Shown piece after piece: positions 37,190-50,039 of a stretch of DNA of 64,000 nucleotides. Below the pieces are notes generated by a model, which saw only the letters and a list, made by a program, of their open reading frames with translations, did no database searches and was not told the DNA's origin. The position numbers were made by a program, and so were the translations under genes. The DNA comes from Girardia tigrina (taxonomy: Eukaryota). Location: NCBI GenBank assembly GCA_001938485.1, contig MQRK01241688.1, positions 1-64,000 of the forward strand, given 5' to 3'. Within the stretch, counting starts at the first letter, position 1. Each line of letters starts with the position of its first letter.

Positions 37190-38200
37190 TCTTTCGAATG
37201 AAGATCATTTTTGTGACGATTTTTGGTACATTTGAAATGAATGCTGAGAGAATTGAATTTTACAACTTCTATATGCAGTATCACTAACTTGGAAGAAAAC
37301 ATACCCTCTCTGGCTTTCAAGAAAATGCTGGAATCGATTGACCATATACAAGTATTGACACATTATGGTGGAGTATGGAGACCTGATTGATCGCAGAAAG
37401 TTTAATCACCATCCTGCAAAAATCATTGGTCGAGACCTCGCAGCTCTGATGCGAAAGTAGATCAAAAGAGACGATAAAAATCAGCGTGCTTTGGCCCAGG
37501 AATTTAATGTCTATCAAAACACTATATCTCAAACATTAGCTTATAATAATTCTACTAAATACTGCAAAAAACAAGTGTGTCCCTAATACAAGGATAGCCA
37601 AAACCAGATCTGAACAACTTTACCGACATATCATGTTTTCAAACAAAGAGAAATACATCGTCATGGATGATGAGTAGTACATCCCAATGAATGGCAATGT
37701 GACCAATGGCAGAAGAAGGCTACTATTCCCCCTCTCCATCTGACACTCCTACGACTATAAAGTTTTCCTTTCAAGGAAAATTCCGTTAAAAGTTGGATGG
37801 CTATCTCCGACTTCGGGGTATTTAATATTCATTTGGCAGCAGAGGCTTGCAATTAACTCGGAGAAATATATTTCGGAGTGTATTTACAAACTTTTGATCT
37901 CCTTTATTAATAAAAACACCAAGAGACAACTGCATCTTCTGGCATGACGTGGTACTCGCACATTATTCAAAAATTCTCAAGATGAATTGAAACATTTACA
38001 ACTTCAAATGGTGTCCAAAACGTTTAACCCTCCCGACCTACAGAAGGCAAGACCAATTGAATGATTCCACTGCCATGTTAAACCCTAGGTGTTTGTGAAT
38101 GACTTTAAACCAAAAACTATGGGTAAACACCAGCGCTCTCTACTCAACCGTATATCTAGGCATGGTCCACTCACTGTCCATAAATGACCCTCTAAGGACC
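37190..38200 (+). mobile_element. decayed DD37E-type (TRT/ITmD37E) Tc1-like transposase
   Basis: IVMDDE*Y, WMAISDFG, FWHDVVLAHY and NPPDLQKARPIE fragments with stops and frameshifts. Confidence 0.7.
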
Positions 38201-38696
38201 CTCTACATTGGGAATATTTTCATTTGTATTTGGAATATATATTCATATATTATTGCTAGGATTTATATTATAAATATATGTTGTAAACGAATTATTGCAT
38301 CTAACCATGCATATTTAGTAATAATTGAATAATTTTTCTGATTTTACTTTAATTTTCTTAAAATATAATTATATTAAATCAAAATAATTATAAAATTGAA
38401 ATTAGTACTTTATAAAACCTGTCAAATAAAAATAATAAATGATTTTTTTAATTGCGAAAAAAATTAATAATTTCCAATTATTTAATTAATTTAAAATCAA
38501 ATTTAAATATTAAAATTTGTTCCTATACAAAAAAACGTTTTTTTTACTAGTACTTTTATTTTTTACTCTTTGAAAATTATTTTTTTCTTTTAAACTTTCA
38601 ATTCTCATTGTCGCTCAATTTATAAATCGTTGACATTTAACTTTGAACTTTTTTGCAAGAAAATATTATATAAATTATTAATTTTTTTGTACTTAC

Positions 38697-39181
38697 TTCT
38701 AGTCGAGATAGAAACAAACAAGGAATTGAATCATCTAATAAAAAGAACGTTTTTTTATAATCTGAAAATAGTTTAATTAACCTTCTATTTCTTCAGTATT
38801 TTGTAGGCCGTAGGCTAAAGTACTACCACTTAGGTTACTCATATTATCCACGGAAATGTTGGAAGTACAACTTCCTAACCGTTGCCTACTGAATCTCCTT
38901 CCCGGAGAAGGAGGTAGAAGGAATAAATGACTGGAAATCGATGTTCTGTTATCTTTTACAATACCTTCTTGATCGCCAGTTGGCATTGAATAGTAATTTC
39001 TCCCGGAAAACGTTGTTTGATGTAAAGATGACGGTCTACGACTTGAATAAATATTATGTCCTAAGGTATTTAAGTCCTCCTTATGGTTGATCGATTCAGA
39101 ATTCGAGGATTTAAGATTATCATCCATAGGAATATGTTCCAAGGAGTTTTTTATAACCAGACCGATATTATTTATCGACAT
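38697..39181 (-). CDS. first coding exons of an unidentified host gene (Ser-rich disordered N-terminus)
   Basis: 134-aa open stretch from the ATG at 39181; TTTTCAG acceptor at 38762; in-frame exon 38761-38697 ending at GTAAGT. Confidence 0.55.
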
Positions 39182-40850
39182 GGAAAATCTGTTTTCAACA
39201 CTTTTTTGTGTCTTTTAAAAAACAGTAAATGATAGTTTGACCGTTATTCCTATGTGTTTTCTTCCAAACAAATGAGATGGTAGGAAATAATTGTAGAATA
39301 ATTTACATTTTTACCCATTGATTCTTGTGCTATTAGTTAATTTTAACTACTTGGGAAAAAAATTATTTTATTAAACCAACCAATCACTGTTTGATTTTCC
39401 GTGCTTTGGCTTTTTGTAGCTGCTTTTGAGTTGCAGAAGCTGAAAACAACTGGAGAATACATCCTCGCAATATTCGCTGGATGTTCTCTTTTTTCTCATT
39501 TCTTTCATTTATTTATTTATTTATTTATCAAATTTATTAACGTAAAATCGGAATTTAATTTCTAATAAAAAAGAAATTGACACTAAAGAAAAAAGAAAAA
39601 AATTATTCCATTGTTTAATTAATAAATATAATAATAATAAATATAATTAGTTTGTTTATTTTTTCAAACAAGAAAAAATAATAAGGAAAATATTTTTCCC
39701 ATTTGTCTAATTTATATCGATGTTGTGAAAAATTAAAATCTGTTGTAAATTTCTAGAATAAATATTCTATTTTTAATATTATTAATTTGAAAATGAGAAT
39801 ATAACTAATAGAAAATAAATTGTTTTACACTGGTAGGTGTGTTTTTTATTTAAAGAATATAAATAATATTAGGATTGTACAAGTCGCATGTAAAGAGAGA
39901 TATTTCTCTACTGAAATACTGAGAACTGGCTGTACAAAGAGTCTGTTGCATCAATCAAACATTGTCTATGACTTTCTCTACGTCGTCTTCCCTGGAATTC
40001 CTTCCATTGAAAATGAGCATGATGGTTGATAGGGATTCCTGCTCGAAAACTTTGTGACATCGAGAAATTGTCCAAATTTCCGTAGATTTTAAGATAAAAT
40101 TAGAAAATATCAAAAGTTTTTTTTGTTATTTGATACTTCATATGAAAAAATCCTAATATTTTGGTAATTTAAATTACGAGTTTATAGATTTGATCCGACG
40201 AAATAAAACGCCCTAAAAGATATTGTCAAATGTATGAGTTTTGTTTTTGATTAAAAATTTTATCCAGTATGCTAAGAGAACTCACATATTTGTTACAACA
40301 TTTATTGCAATCACAATGTACATCATCTCTATGACAATCCGTAATAGTGCCTTCAGTTAATTTCATCTATCAATGTTTAATACATCTCATCCAAAATCTG
40401 AACTGACTTAAAAAGAATTATTTTATTCAAAATATTTACTTTAAATTTAATGGGTTAAAATAAAATTACTTTTTACTATCATTTAAAACATTAATTTGAT
40501 TTAATTATTTAAAAATTTGCTAAAATAAAATTATTTAAAGTATGAAATAATAAAAAAATAAAAATTTGAATATAAAATCTAAATTTGAATAAATTAGTTT
40601 CAGATTATAAGAATTAAAATATTAATCATCAATCTGATTAGGAGAGGCACAAATAACAAATCAACACACAACATTTAAACATGCAAACACTACACAAAAC
40701 GTCAACATTCCAAATATTCCTCACAGAATATAAATATAAGGAAAAACCAATGACTTATCAATAATTTTCTTTAAATCGGTCTCACAAACTTCATATAAAA
40801 GAATATTAAATATATATTAGATATTTGTAAAATCACTTCTCAAAACACAT

Positions 40851-41710
40851 TTATCGAAATTGTTTCTGTAAATTAGTTATCCACGCGTCCTGTCCTTTAG
40901 GTTTTGGAGAAGATGATTTTCGTGGGGATTGATGATGTGATGTCGGTGAAGATGTTCGTCTTGGGGAAGATGATTTTCTTGGCGATTGACGATAGGATTT
41001 CTGGGAAGATGATCGTCTTGGGGAAGATGATTTACTTGATTGACGTCTCCTATGTCGTCCAGGTTCATCTTTCTTGCTACAGCAAATTACTTTTACACAG
41101 TTCAATTTTTTGCATTTTTTTGACAATTTTTTAAACTTTCGGAACAAAACTCTTAAAATTGTAGTGATAACCGATGTAAGCTGAGATAAATTTTAATTCA
41201 ATGAATGTTATGCGATTATTATAAAAACTTACTTGCAAGGCTAAAATTAATAGAGCTATGCACATGAACAGTTCTGGTCGACTTCTGAATGTTTTGCCGG
41301 CAAAGTTAATGAACGGTACCTACAAATAATATTGAAGTCGCAAATGTGTTTTAAATAATAGTCGAAATTCTTACCACATGATAAATTACGAAAACCACTT
41401 GAAAAAAGCAGTTAACGAAAGTCACAACTGCAACAACAATAATCTTTGGATTGTCTTTTCTTAACATAAAGATTTGACCCCCTATCGATGTTCCCAACCC
41501 GACCAATACAATAAATAAGTAAATATAAAAGAACACCGCTTCTTCATTTCCATCTTTCACCAATTTTGGTGTCCACAATCTTACTATCGGAGAACAGCTC
41601 AACAACCAGATATTCTGAAAACATTCGATAATAAATAAAAATATTTGATAACTACAACATACCATGAGCACGAAATTGATGAGCACATAAAACTTGTCGA
41701 ATCGATTCAT
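40851..41710 (-). CDS. 3-exon orphan gene: ~250-aa four-TM protein with a basic Ser/Pro/Arg-repeat tail
   Basis: Exons 41710-41375, 41319-41233 and 41180-40851 join in frame via 55-nt (GTAAGA..TAG) and 52-nt (GTAAGT..CAG) introns; TATAAAA about 30 nt upstream. Confidence 0.85.
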
Positions 41711-43076
41711 TTTTGAAAAGATACAGAAATTGTGGACTTTTATACTAAAATTGTAAAAGAGTGTGACATAATGGACATTATTGAGTCACCGGGGTTCCGC
41801 AAATATCGTCGTTTCTTAGAAAATTAATTATTTGAAAACAAAGCAGAAATAAACTAAAAAATGTTTTTAAATAATTTGTTAATAAAAATCGTTTTTTGAA
41901 TCTTATTTTGTCAAAGAAATATGTAAAAAATTAAATAAAAAGATATGTAAACATGAAGATACATATAAGTTTAAGGGATTTCGGTCAGCTTAACGTTTCC
42001 TATATTTGACACTATGCAGCTTTATGAAATGAAGAACTAAGGTAGAATGTTCAAAATACTTTAGAATTCTTAATCATGATATAGAGGTGGTAACGCTCAG
42101 TAATGATATCGGCGCTGATTTCGAGAGAGAATAGAACGTATTTTCATTGGTGATCAAAGGAAATTAAGACATGGTTGAGGGTATTAGATTTAGTGAATTT
42201 TCTTTCAATCGAGTTTATCTCTTCTCGAATCACGTTTCGAATCTGTTTCAAGCAGGCTCGATTTGATTGAAAGAGACTGGTCGGGACTATGTGGCGACCG
42301 ATGATAACGCCCAGTAAATTAAAGAGATTAAAGAATAGGTTCGTTGTTTGGAATCAAACCCAAAGAATGCAAACAACTTAGAGATCCAGCGTAGCTAAAA
42401 CGAGTTTTGTCGATCTTTTTGTCTAGGCAAATAAAAATTTTAATTTGCTTGCTGTTAAGGCAAAAGGAGGCGCGAGATGCTATTGGCTATTATTGTCATT
42501 TTAATAGTGTTATTAGTTAATATACAGTACAGTATTTTAATAATTAGTTGATCTTGATTTACAGATAAGGAAATCAGTTTAAAAAAATCAAAATCTTAAT
42601 TTTTCCAATGCATTCAACTTCTTTTTGCTCTTACTGTAATTTGAGAAATCTCAGTATCTAGTTCCCGGTTTTTCACAGATGACTCCAACTCTATTTGCAT
42701 TCTAATTTTTTAGTTTACATTTCGGTAGTACTCTCTCATAATGAGCTTTTTATGCAACCCACTTATATATGCGAGAAAGTCGGCTCCTGATATAGATTTC
42801 TAGACTTGGACAACCAAAAATTTCAACGGTAAATACGTACCATTTATATTTATGTACACTTTATAGGTTCCGAGAACTTCGATAGGAGTGCCGTTAGCTG
42901 CGTATAAATTCATTAGACTTTATTTAATTTTTTACTGCAATATTTCAACTGTAAATCAAACAAGAGCCAGCGTCAACAAAAAATTGATAATGATGAACTG
43001 TGTTGCACCATAAATATTTACATTGCGTCCTTACGAACGGTGATCGCTTAAAGAGACTTTCTTGGCTTAAGGAGAG

Positions 43077-43712
43077 GTGCATTGGAGAGCATTTTCCAAA
43101 CACTTGCTGTGGAAAAACAAATGTTTATATTTAGTTTTGCCTGTTCCCTACTCTGAGGGTTTCAGGAAATTCAAAAACTCTATTTTGAAACATGATGAAA
43201 ATAATTTATTAAATTTAAAAATTGTATCTAGATCATGTAAGATAGGAAGTTTGTTTAGTAGTAAATCTATCACTCCAACTGGGTTATGTTCCAATTTAGT
43301 TTATCAATATAAATGTAATGGGTGTGACGCCATATACGTCGGAGAGACTTGTCGTCATCTCTGTAAACGGATTCAGGAACATAATCGCAGGGAAAGTGAT
43401 AGCAATATTGCTCAACATAAGAAGAACTGTTTGAATAATAAAGTTGATGTAAGTAATTTTAAGATTTTGTGTTCACAATTTAATAATTACTGGGAGAGGG
43501 TGATGTATTGAGAGGGTGAAGCATTGTTGATCAAATCTTTTGATCCTAAAATCAATGTCCAAACACCATCCTATTCAACTTTATTGAAAGTATTTTCATG
43601 ATTTAAATGACATAATGATTACATAAACATTGCTTTGATATATAAACGCGAGTATATCATTGTTAATTCAGTCTGATGATGACGGTCGATCCGTCGAAAT
43701 TAATAACAATAA
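43077..43712 (+). mobile_element. Penelope-like element 3' fragment (GIY-YIG endonuclease and pLTR)
   Basis: NLVYQYKCNGCDAIYVGETCRHLCKRIQEH...EALLIKSFDPKIN; hammerhead downstream. Confidence 0.9.
43657..43712 (+). ncRNA. minimal type I hammerhead ribozyme
   Basis: CTGATGA-T-GACGG-TCGAT-CCGTC-GAAA-TTAA-TA; perfect 5-bp stem II; palindromic stem III. Confidence 0.85.
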
Positions 43713-44159
43713 ATTCTGATGATCGTTTTTTGTTTATATTTAGGTCTGTTTTCATCTTTTTTCTCTATTTGTTCGATCCTTGCTTTGACTTAGTTCATTT
43801 TTGTTAGTTCATTTAATTTTTTTCTAATTTCGTTTCTTTTTCTAGTTTATTTAGTTTACCTACAATCAAATTTAGTATCTCTTTAGTATCTACTTTATCT
43901 TTGTATTGACTTTTCTCTTCTTCTATGGCATTTATCTCATCCTTATATTTTTGTGGATCTTATCAGTTACTTCTGTTGAATAATCAATCGAACTAGTCTT
44001 AACTCTGTTTAGTATTCTTTGAGTATCGTACGGAAACATTCGAATAAATAACATCCTGGTTAGTTTGTCTGCTTTACAATTTATATTTTTAATTCTTGGA
44101 TTAATTAATGGTAAAACTCATCTAGTCTCACCACAGGCAAACAAAAAAAATCAAAAATT

Positions 44160-45760
44160 ATTTTGTCATAACCCTAGTTGATGAACTACTTAGGTTGTTT
44201 TGAGATCGAAATAAAATATAGGAATGGAGAATTGCTTAACAAAGCAGATATGTTAACGAAGCGAAATTACGAGATTAGTACCCAGTACCAAATGGAAAAT
44301 AAAGAAGCAAAAAAGGGCAAGAATAAAACCAGATTACTAGCGGGGAGTACAGGTCAAAAAGAAGAGATACTTAAAGAAAAACGGAACGATCTAATCATAC
44401 AGACACATAAAGTAAAATGTCCTATAGGAGCAGAAAAAGTGTAAGAATATATGAAGGACAAGTTTGACATGGAGGAAGAAAAGAAAACAATAAAAGAAGT
44501 AGTAGGAATGTGCATGGAATGTAAACAGGCTAAAACGTTGACTACAAAAACGAAGGAAGAAAACTTGAAAATAAGAGCATCCGATGCATTTGAAAAAGTT
44601 GATATAAATATCTGTGAACCGTGGAATGAGACAGTGAGAAGAGAAAGATACATTTTAGAAACGATATATCATTTCAGGAAATGCACAGGTTCGACAGCAA
44701 TCAAAAGACAAGACAACGAAACAATTATACAAATTATTTTACAAAAATGAATATTAAAATGTGAAGTACCAAAAGAGATGCATTTTGATTGTGGTAGGAG
44801 TTTAAAGAAAAGATTAAAGAAATACTAGAAACAAAAGGCGCTAATATTATCTTTTCAAGTTCGTATCACTATAATACAAATGGAACGATAGAGAGACCAC
44901 TCCGTACCTTACGCGAGTTAATTCAGGCAAGTTTAAAAGAAAGAAATACCTCGAGTTGGACAGACTTAATGTCATAGGTAATATTTGCTATAAACGCTAC
45001 AAAATAGAAAACGATAGAGTGAAGTCAATTGAAGGCAGTATTTGGTAGGAAATTAATCACTTCAAACCACGGAAACATTTTTATTAACAGACAGCTTATT
45101 AATATTTACATTTTTTACAACTTTATTTACATTTTCATCACATTCTCAATCGTGAAAGAACTTTTGTTTTGAGATAAAGGGGTTTTTCTTGTGGAATTAT
45201 CCAGCTTTTTCTTTCGTTTTTTTCAACTGACAGTTGTTTGGGTCACTCCATTTTTTTCTGTCTCTTCCAATTCTCTATCCTTCGAAACACTGGATCATTT
45301 TTCTTTCTTCATATCCAATTTTTTAATCCACTTACAATTGATTTTAAGTTCTCTAAGTCATCTGATGGAGTGCAAAGTTTAATAACTTCAACTCATTGGT
45401 TTATCCAATGTATTTCTATTTCCTTTATGAGAATTTTTTTCACGATAAAATATTTTGATTTTATCTTATTATCAAATTGCTCAATACTGTGATACGACAA
45501 AAGTAAAACGGACCGAGAAGATAGAGAGACAAAGAATAAAGGAAAAGAGCAACTCAAAAGAAAAGGAGACACAAAAAATATAAAAGGTTGGCGACATGGT
45601 TTGGATACAGAAGGAGATAATAACGAAAAGAGAAGACAGATTTGAGGAACCTTATGAAATTGTGGAGCATATTTATGAAATGAGTTACAGACTTAAAGAT
45701 AAAAATGGTAAACAAATAATCTGAAATGTTGAAAAAATCAAAAATCTCAAAAAAGAGGGG
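44160..45760 (+). mobile_element. Gypsy pol remnant (RNase H end, integrase, PPT), interrupted at ~45060-45490
   Basis: IKYRNGELLNKADMLT; H...CMEC zinc-binding region; AFEKVDINIC; YHYNTNGTIER; PPT AAAAGAGGGG at 45751. Confidence 0.8.
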
Positions 45761-46047
45761 CGAAATTATGATTTTGGAGAAATCATATTTTTTGAATTTT
45801 AAAAAACGTAACGTTCAAAATATTTTAAAGATAATTCATTAAAAATTTTTGTAATTGTAAAGATGAAAAGAAAAAATGTTTTAAAAATTAAATCACTATA
45901 ATTAAATTAAAATAACATTGTAAATTTTCATTTCAGTAAAATATCAAAATTTTGAAAATGTTGTCTCTATTTCTAAAATTAAAAAAAAATACAAAAATAG
46001 CAAGTGTCATATAAATTTATATAAATGATATCGATATTATATATTTT

Positions 46048-47650
46048 AGCCTCCTCCGACTGTTAAGAATAACTGCGTATTACAAATAATTCTCAGCATT
46101 GGCGTACAGGGTAGTGAATCTTAGACTCTGTATCGGGTAGAAACCATTTGACAAATACAAAGTTTTCTGATCCTCTCACACGGCTTCAGATGCAAGAGTG
46201 CGAGCTTTAAATGCACGGGCACGCTTCGGCTTCCCTCTGAGAAATGACCAGTCACGTTCCTTTGTTCCGTGATTCTGGAGACTTCTGGTTGTATAAACGC
46301 ACTTAGTGCAACGGAGAAATGGGTAAGGAAACTGTGTTAATGAAACTATTTGGATGTTCGTAGTACCATTACCTTGGATTCAATGATCAATTAATAAATG
46401 CCTTTGTATCAATCCATTAGCTTTATAAGTTTTGTGGCAGTTCTCCATAGGACATATGAATAAACCACCACATCTCTGCGCCGTCGGCACCGTGGCCAGA
46501 TGCACATTCTTAACGTGTCTTGTGAGTTCCTTCTGCTCAGAAATTTTTTAAAGCAAGAAAAGAATGTACAAGCTAATATTTTGATGCACGGCTGAAGCAT
46601 TTTCGGATATTTTTTCTCGTGCTCGATTGCCTCTTTCAGTCGCTCAGAAATGGTTCCTTTGATCAGGTGTTTAAATTCCTCATCGTTGTCGAGAAGCCCT
46701 CTTTCGTTTAGACTTTCCCTGTATTCTACCAAATCTGCAGGATCGTTGAATATCCAGAGCACATTGCGAGCAATGCCATCTGTCATCAGTTGCCTTTTTC
46801 AACTGCTGATTCTGTGATTTTCTGAGGCGATCTCAGAGTTTATAACTCTTCAAACCTCAGTTACACCCTTCCGTGCATTGTATTCATAGAATAGTATGAG
46901 TCTTTTGGCTAGAATCACTCTTGCCCCATTCAGTCCAATCGTCATGTCCTTATTCAGGATCCTGTCGAATTTGATCTTTTTGAGAGCTGTCCTCGTGCAG
47001 CAATTATGGAAGACTTGTAACCGTGCAACATCCTTCTCAGGCGTTGTCCAGCACTCACTACCATAATAGACCACAGGGAAAATACTAGTCTCAATCAGTT
47101 TTTTCTTCAATACTATTGGGATGCGGTTACTCTGAATTGCACGTTGTAATTCTTTAAGCTACCGCATTCCATTTCGTATTCATTGACTAATATCCCGGTT
47201 GCAGCTAACACTAGTGGTCAATATACTTCCAAAATAACAGAATTATTTCACCCATTCTATGGCCTTCTCCCCACATTTGACTTGTGATATTCCAAAGCCT
47301 GATTCATCAGTAAGGCACATGAATTTCGTCTTAGTAGCACTCATTGTCAGTCCAAATTCCAGAAATGTGCTCCTTAATATATCCAAGTTTTTACAGACTC
47401 GATCAATATCTGAGTCGATGATACAGAGGTTATCTACATATGCAAGTCTGTTCACTTGAAATTCAGTGCCTTGCTCATCGATCAGGGAGACACCTCCTCC
47501 GAATCCTTTCATAATAGCCGTTTTGATCACTTCATCGAAGACCAAGTTGAATAAACTAGGTCCAATTACACATCCCTACCTAACACCTCTTTCTATGGGA
47601 AAATTACTGTTTCCTACAGTGGCGATAAATTTATCATGAAATTCATTGAT
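46048..47650 (-). mobile_element. 5'-truncated RTE-clade LINE with ZnF-type C-terminus (copy 3, most divergent)
   Basis: GVR*GCVIGPSLF, VNRLAYVDNL, FCYFGS and PVVYYGSECW; C-terminal HGTKERDWSFLRGKPK matches HGTTIHDCLFAIGKPK of copy 2. Confidence 0.88.
46049..46184 (-). ncRNA. divergent homolog of the RTE-ZnF 3' RNA motif
   Basis: TTGTAT/ATACAG and GAGTC-TAA-GATTC-ACTACC align without gaps to CTTTAG/CTAAAG and GAGCC-TTA-GGCTC-AATACC, with compensatory changes; closes with GCC...GGAGGC. Confidence 0.65.
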
Positions 47651-47670
47651 AAAACAGAGAAACGAATATC

Positions 47671-47945
47671 AATCATTTATGTAATATGAGCATAAATGAT
47701 TTTAAGATTTTGTGCAAGCATTTTAAAAATTATTGGGAGAGAGTGTCATGTGAAGTATTGTTGATAAGATCATGTGATCCTAAAATCAATGTTCAAACAG
47801 CACTCTCAAATAATTTGTTAAGAGTTTTCGATTAGACTTGCGTAAGCGATTGCATAATCATTCATTTGTTATATAACAGCAATAAAAAATAACATAATCA
47901 GTGATCTGATGATGACGGTTAAACCGTCGAAATATATTATCCTAA
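47671..47945 (+). mobile_element. short Penelope 3' fragment with a 5' inversion
   Basis: FKILCKHFKNYWERVSCEVLLIRSCDPKINVQT is homologous to 43460-43600; inverted ATCATTTATG...CATAAATGAT at the 5' junction. Confidence 0.85.
47898..47945 (+). ncRNA. minimal type I hammerhead ribozyme
   Basis: GAT-CTGATGA-T-GACGG-TTAAA-CCGTC-GAAA-TATA-TT-ATC. Confidence 0.85.
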
Positions 47946-48669
47946 AATAAAAATTTATTATTAAAATTTATTTATTCATTAATCAATTTATTTATTTATT
48001 ATCCTAATTTTTTTTCATTAATTTTATAGATTAGGATTATATTATTTGATAAAATTTAATTTAAAATCAGTATAAAATCAAAATTTATTTTAGCCAAACA
48101 AAAGAGTTTAACGTATTATTTATTATCAATATTTAAATTTAAAATACAATTTTTATTATTTGAAATACCGGTTACGATTTATAATACACTTGATGAATTT
48201 AAAATACCAAAANNNNNNNNNNNNNNNNNNNNNNNNNNNNNNNNNNNNNNNNNNNNNNNNNNTTAAGCAATATTTAAATTTATTATTATTTAACAGTATT
48301 AATATTATTTAATAATAAATTTATTATTATTTAATAGTGATTCATTAATTATAAAATTTTTAATAGCAGTTTTTATATATAATATATTTTATTAATTATT
48401 TATCGAATTTTAATTTGCAGAATTTCTAATTGGTTTTTAAATCTAAATTATCTTTTTTTTACATCTTTGACAACAAAAATTTCATAAAGTTATTCTTCGA
48501 AATAATTTTTTTAAAATAAATGCAAAATAATTAAAATTCAATTATTTTTAAAAATAACTCTTAAATTAATTAAGATATTTAGTTATAACTGTTTTATAAC
48601 TTTTGCTTTTAAATGTTTTTCTTTTTTTAGAGATTATTTACAAAAATTAATTATTCAAAAATTTAAAGA

Positions 48670-49680
48670 ATGAGTCCGTCCTTCACAACAGCCAATGGAA
48701 CAACAATAAAAACCTTCTGAACTAAAAACATAGACCTCACCATTAATGAACAAACTTACAACTGGACTTTCGTCATAGCAGACATTACAAATCCGATATT
48801 AGGAGCAGATTTTTAAGTCACTACAACATCTTAGTGGACTGTAAAAACAAAAAATTATACGATCAAAACTTCAAAACATCAACAAATTTAATTAAAATTC
48901 AAAGCAATGTAATCGGAACAATTTTCACGTACAGAAACCTGAAAATAAACTTTTCAAACGGCAACCGTGTAATAAAAAATAAAAACAAAAATACATAAAA
49001 TAAATTATACATAAAACCAAAATACATAATCAGTGCACAATTTGAATCAGAACTGTTTAAAACACTGTGTAAGAAATACAATATAAGCAAACAACGAACA
49101 ACACCGTACAATCCCCAATCCAATGGCATGATAGAAAGATTTCACAGAACATTAAAAGAAACAATCAGAACAAAAGGAGACGACAGAAACTGGCTCAATA
49201 ACCTTTATGAGACACTATTGGCACTCAGAATAAGACCGGATGAAAAAAAACAAGAAATCACCACTAGAAAAACTAACAGGCATAACAAACAAACCTACAA
49301 TTATAGAAAAAACAAAAACGCACAACATAGCAACAACCTAACATACGACTATAATAAAATACAAGCCTTCGTAAAGAAACCACACACAAAAAACTTTCAA
49401 AGCAAGTACACCGGACCTTATAAAATATACATAATTAAAAATAACACAGCTCTAATTGAAATTAACGGAAATAAAACAAGAATTAACTTAAGAAGAATAA
49501 AATTAACACCAACCACAGATTAAAACACTTCGCTTCGCTTTTAGGGGGAGAGCTTATGTAGTGCCCTACTTATTTTTGTATATTTTATTTTGGATTTTAT
49601 TTTTTTTGGGCGTGTGTTATTAATCTTTTTGTATTCGATGTCGCTTATGTTGTAAATTATTTTTATATGGTAATAAAAAA
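48670..49680 (+). mobile_element. internally deleted Gypsy element (protease, integrase, PPT, start of 3' LTR)
   Basis: TANGT...ADITNPILGADF; QFESELF...TTPYNPQSNGMIERFHRTLK; GPY motif; PPT AGGGGGAGAG followed by TGTAGT; right boundary approximate. Confidence 0.85.
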
Positions 49681-50039
49681 ATACTATTTATTTAATAATT
49701 TTTAAATTTCTATAAAATTCTATATGTAAAGAAATGTGAACGTTTTTCTCTATTTAAAAATGAAAATTTCCGTATCATTTTTTTTATTTATTTGGAAAAT
49801 TTTCTCTCTGATTTTTGTTATTGATAACGAAGTCGGTCACTCGAATGCTACCAGCACGGACAATCCAGTAATGTCAGTTGTCAAACTTTAATTTCTGGTT
49901 TATATTTCAAATTATATATATAAATTTAAAAAATCGATCACAGAAATTAATAAATATGAAATGAAAATTGGCTTACTTGGAAACAGTTGGAAACAAATAA
50001 TTCCTATATCAATCCTTGTATTAGTTTCGATATCTCACA

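Noticed and set aside
39870-40090. Possible exon or transposase fragment
   Set aside because: No recognisable motif or consistent splice pair.
41980-42910. Decayed gag-like and pogo-like sequence
   Set aside because: Too degenerate to assign a family or boundaries.
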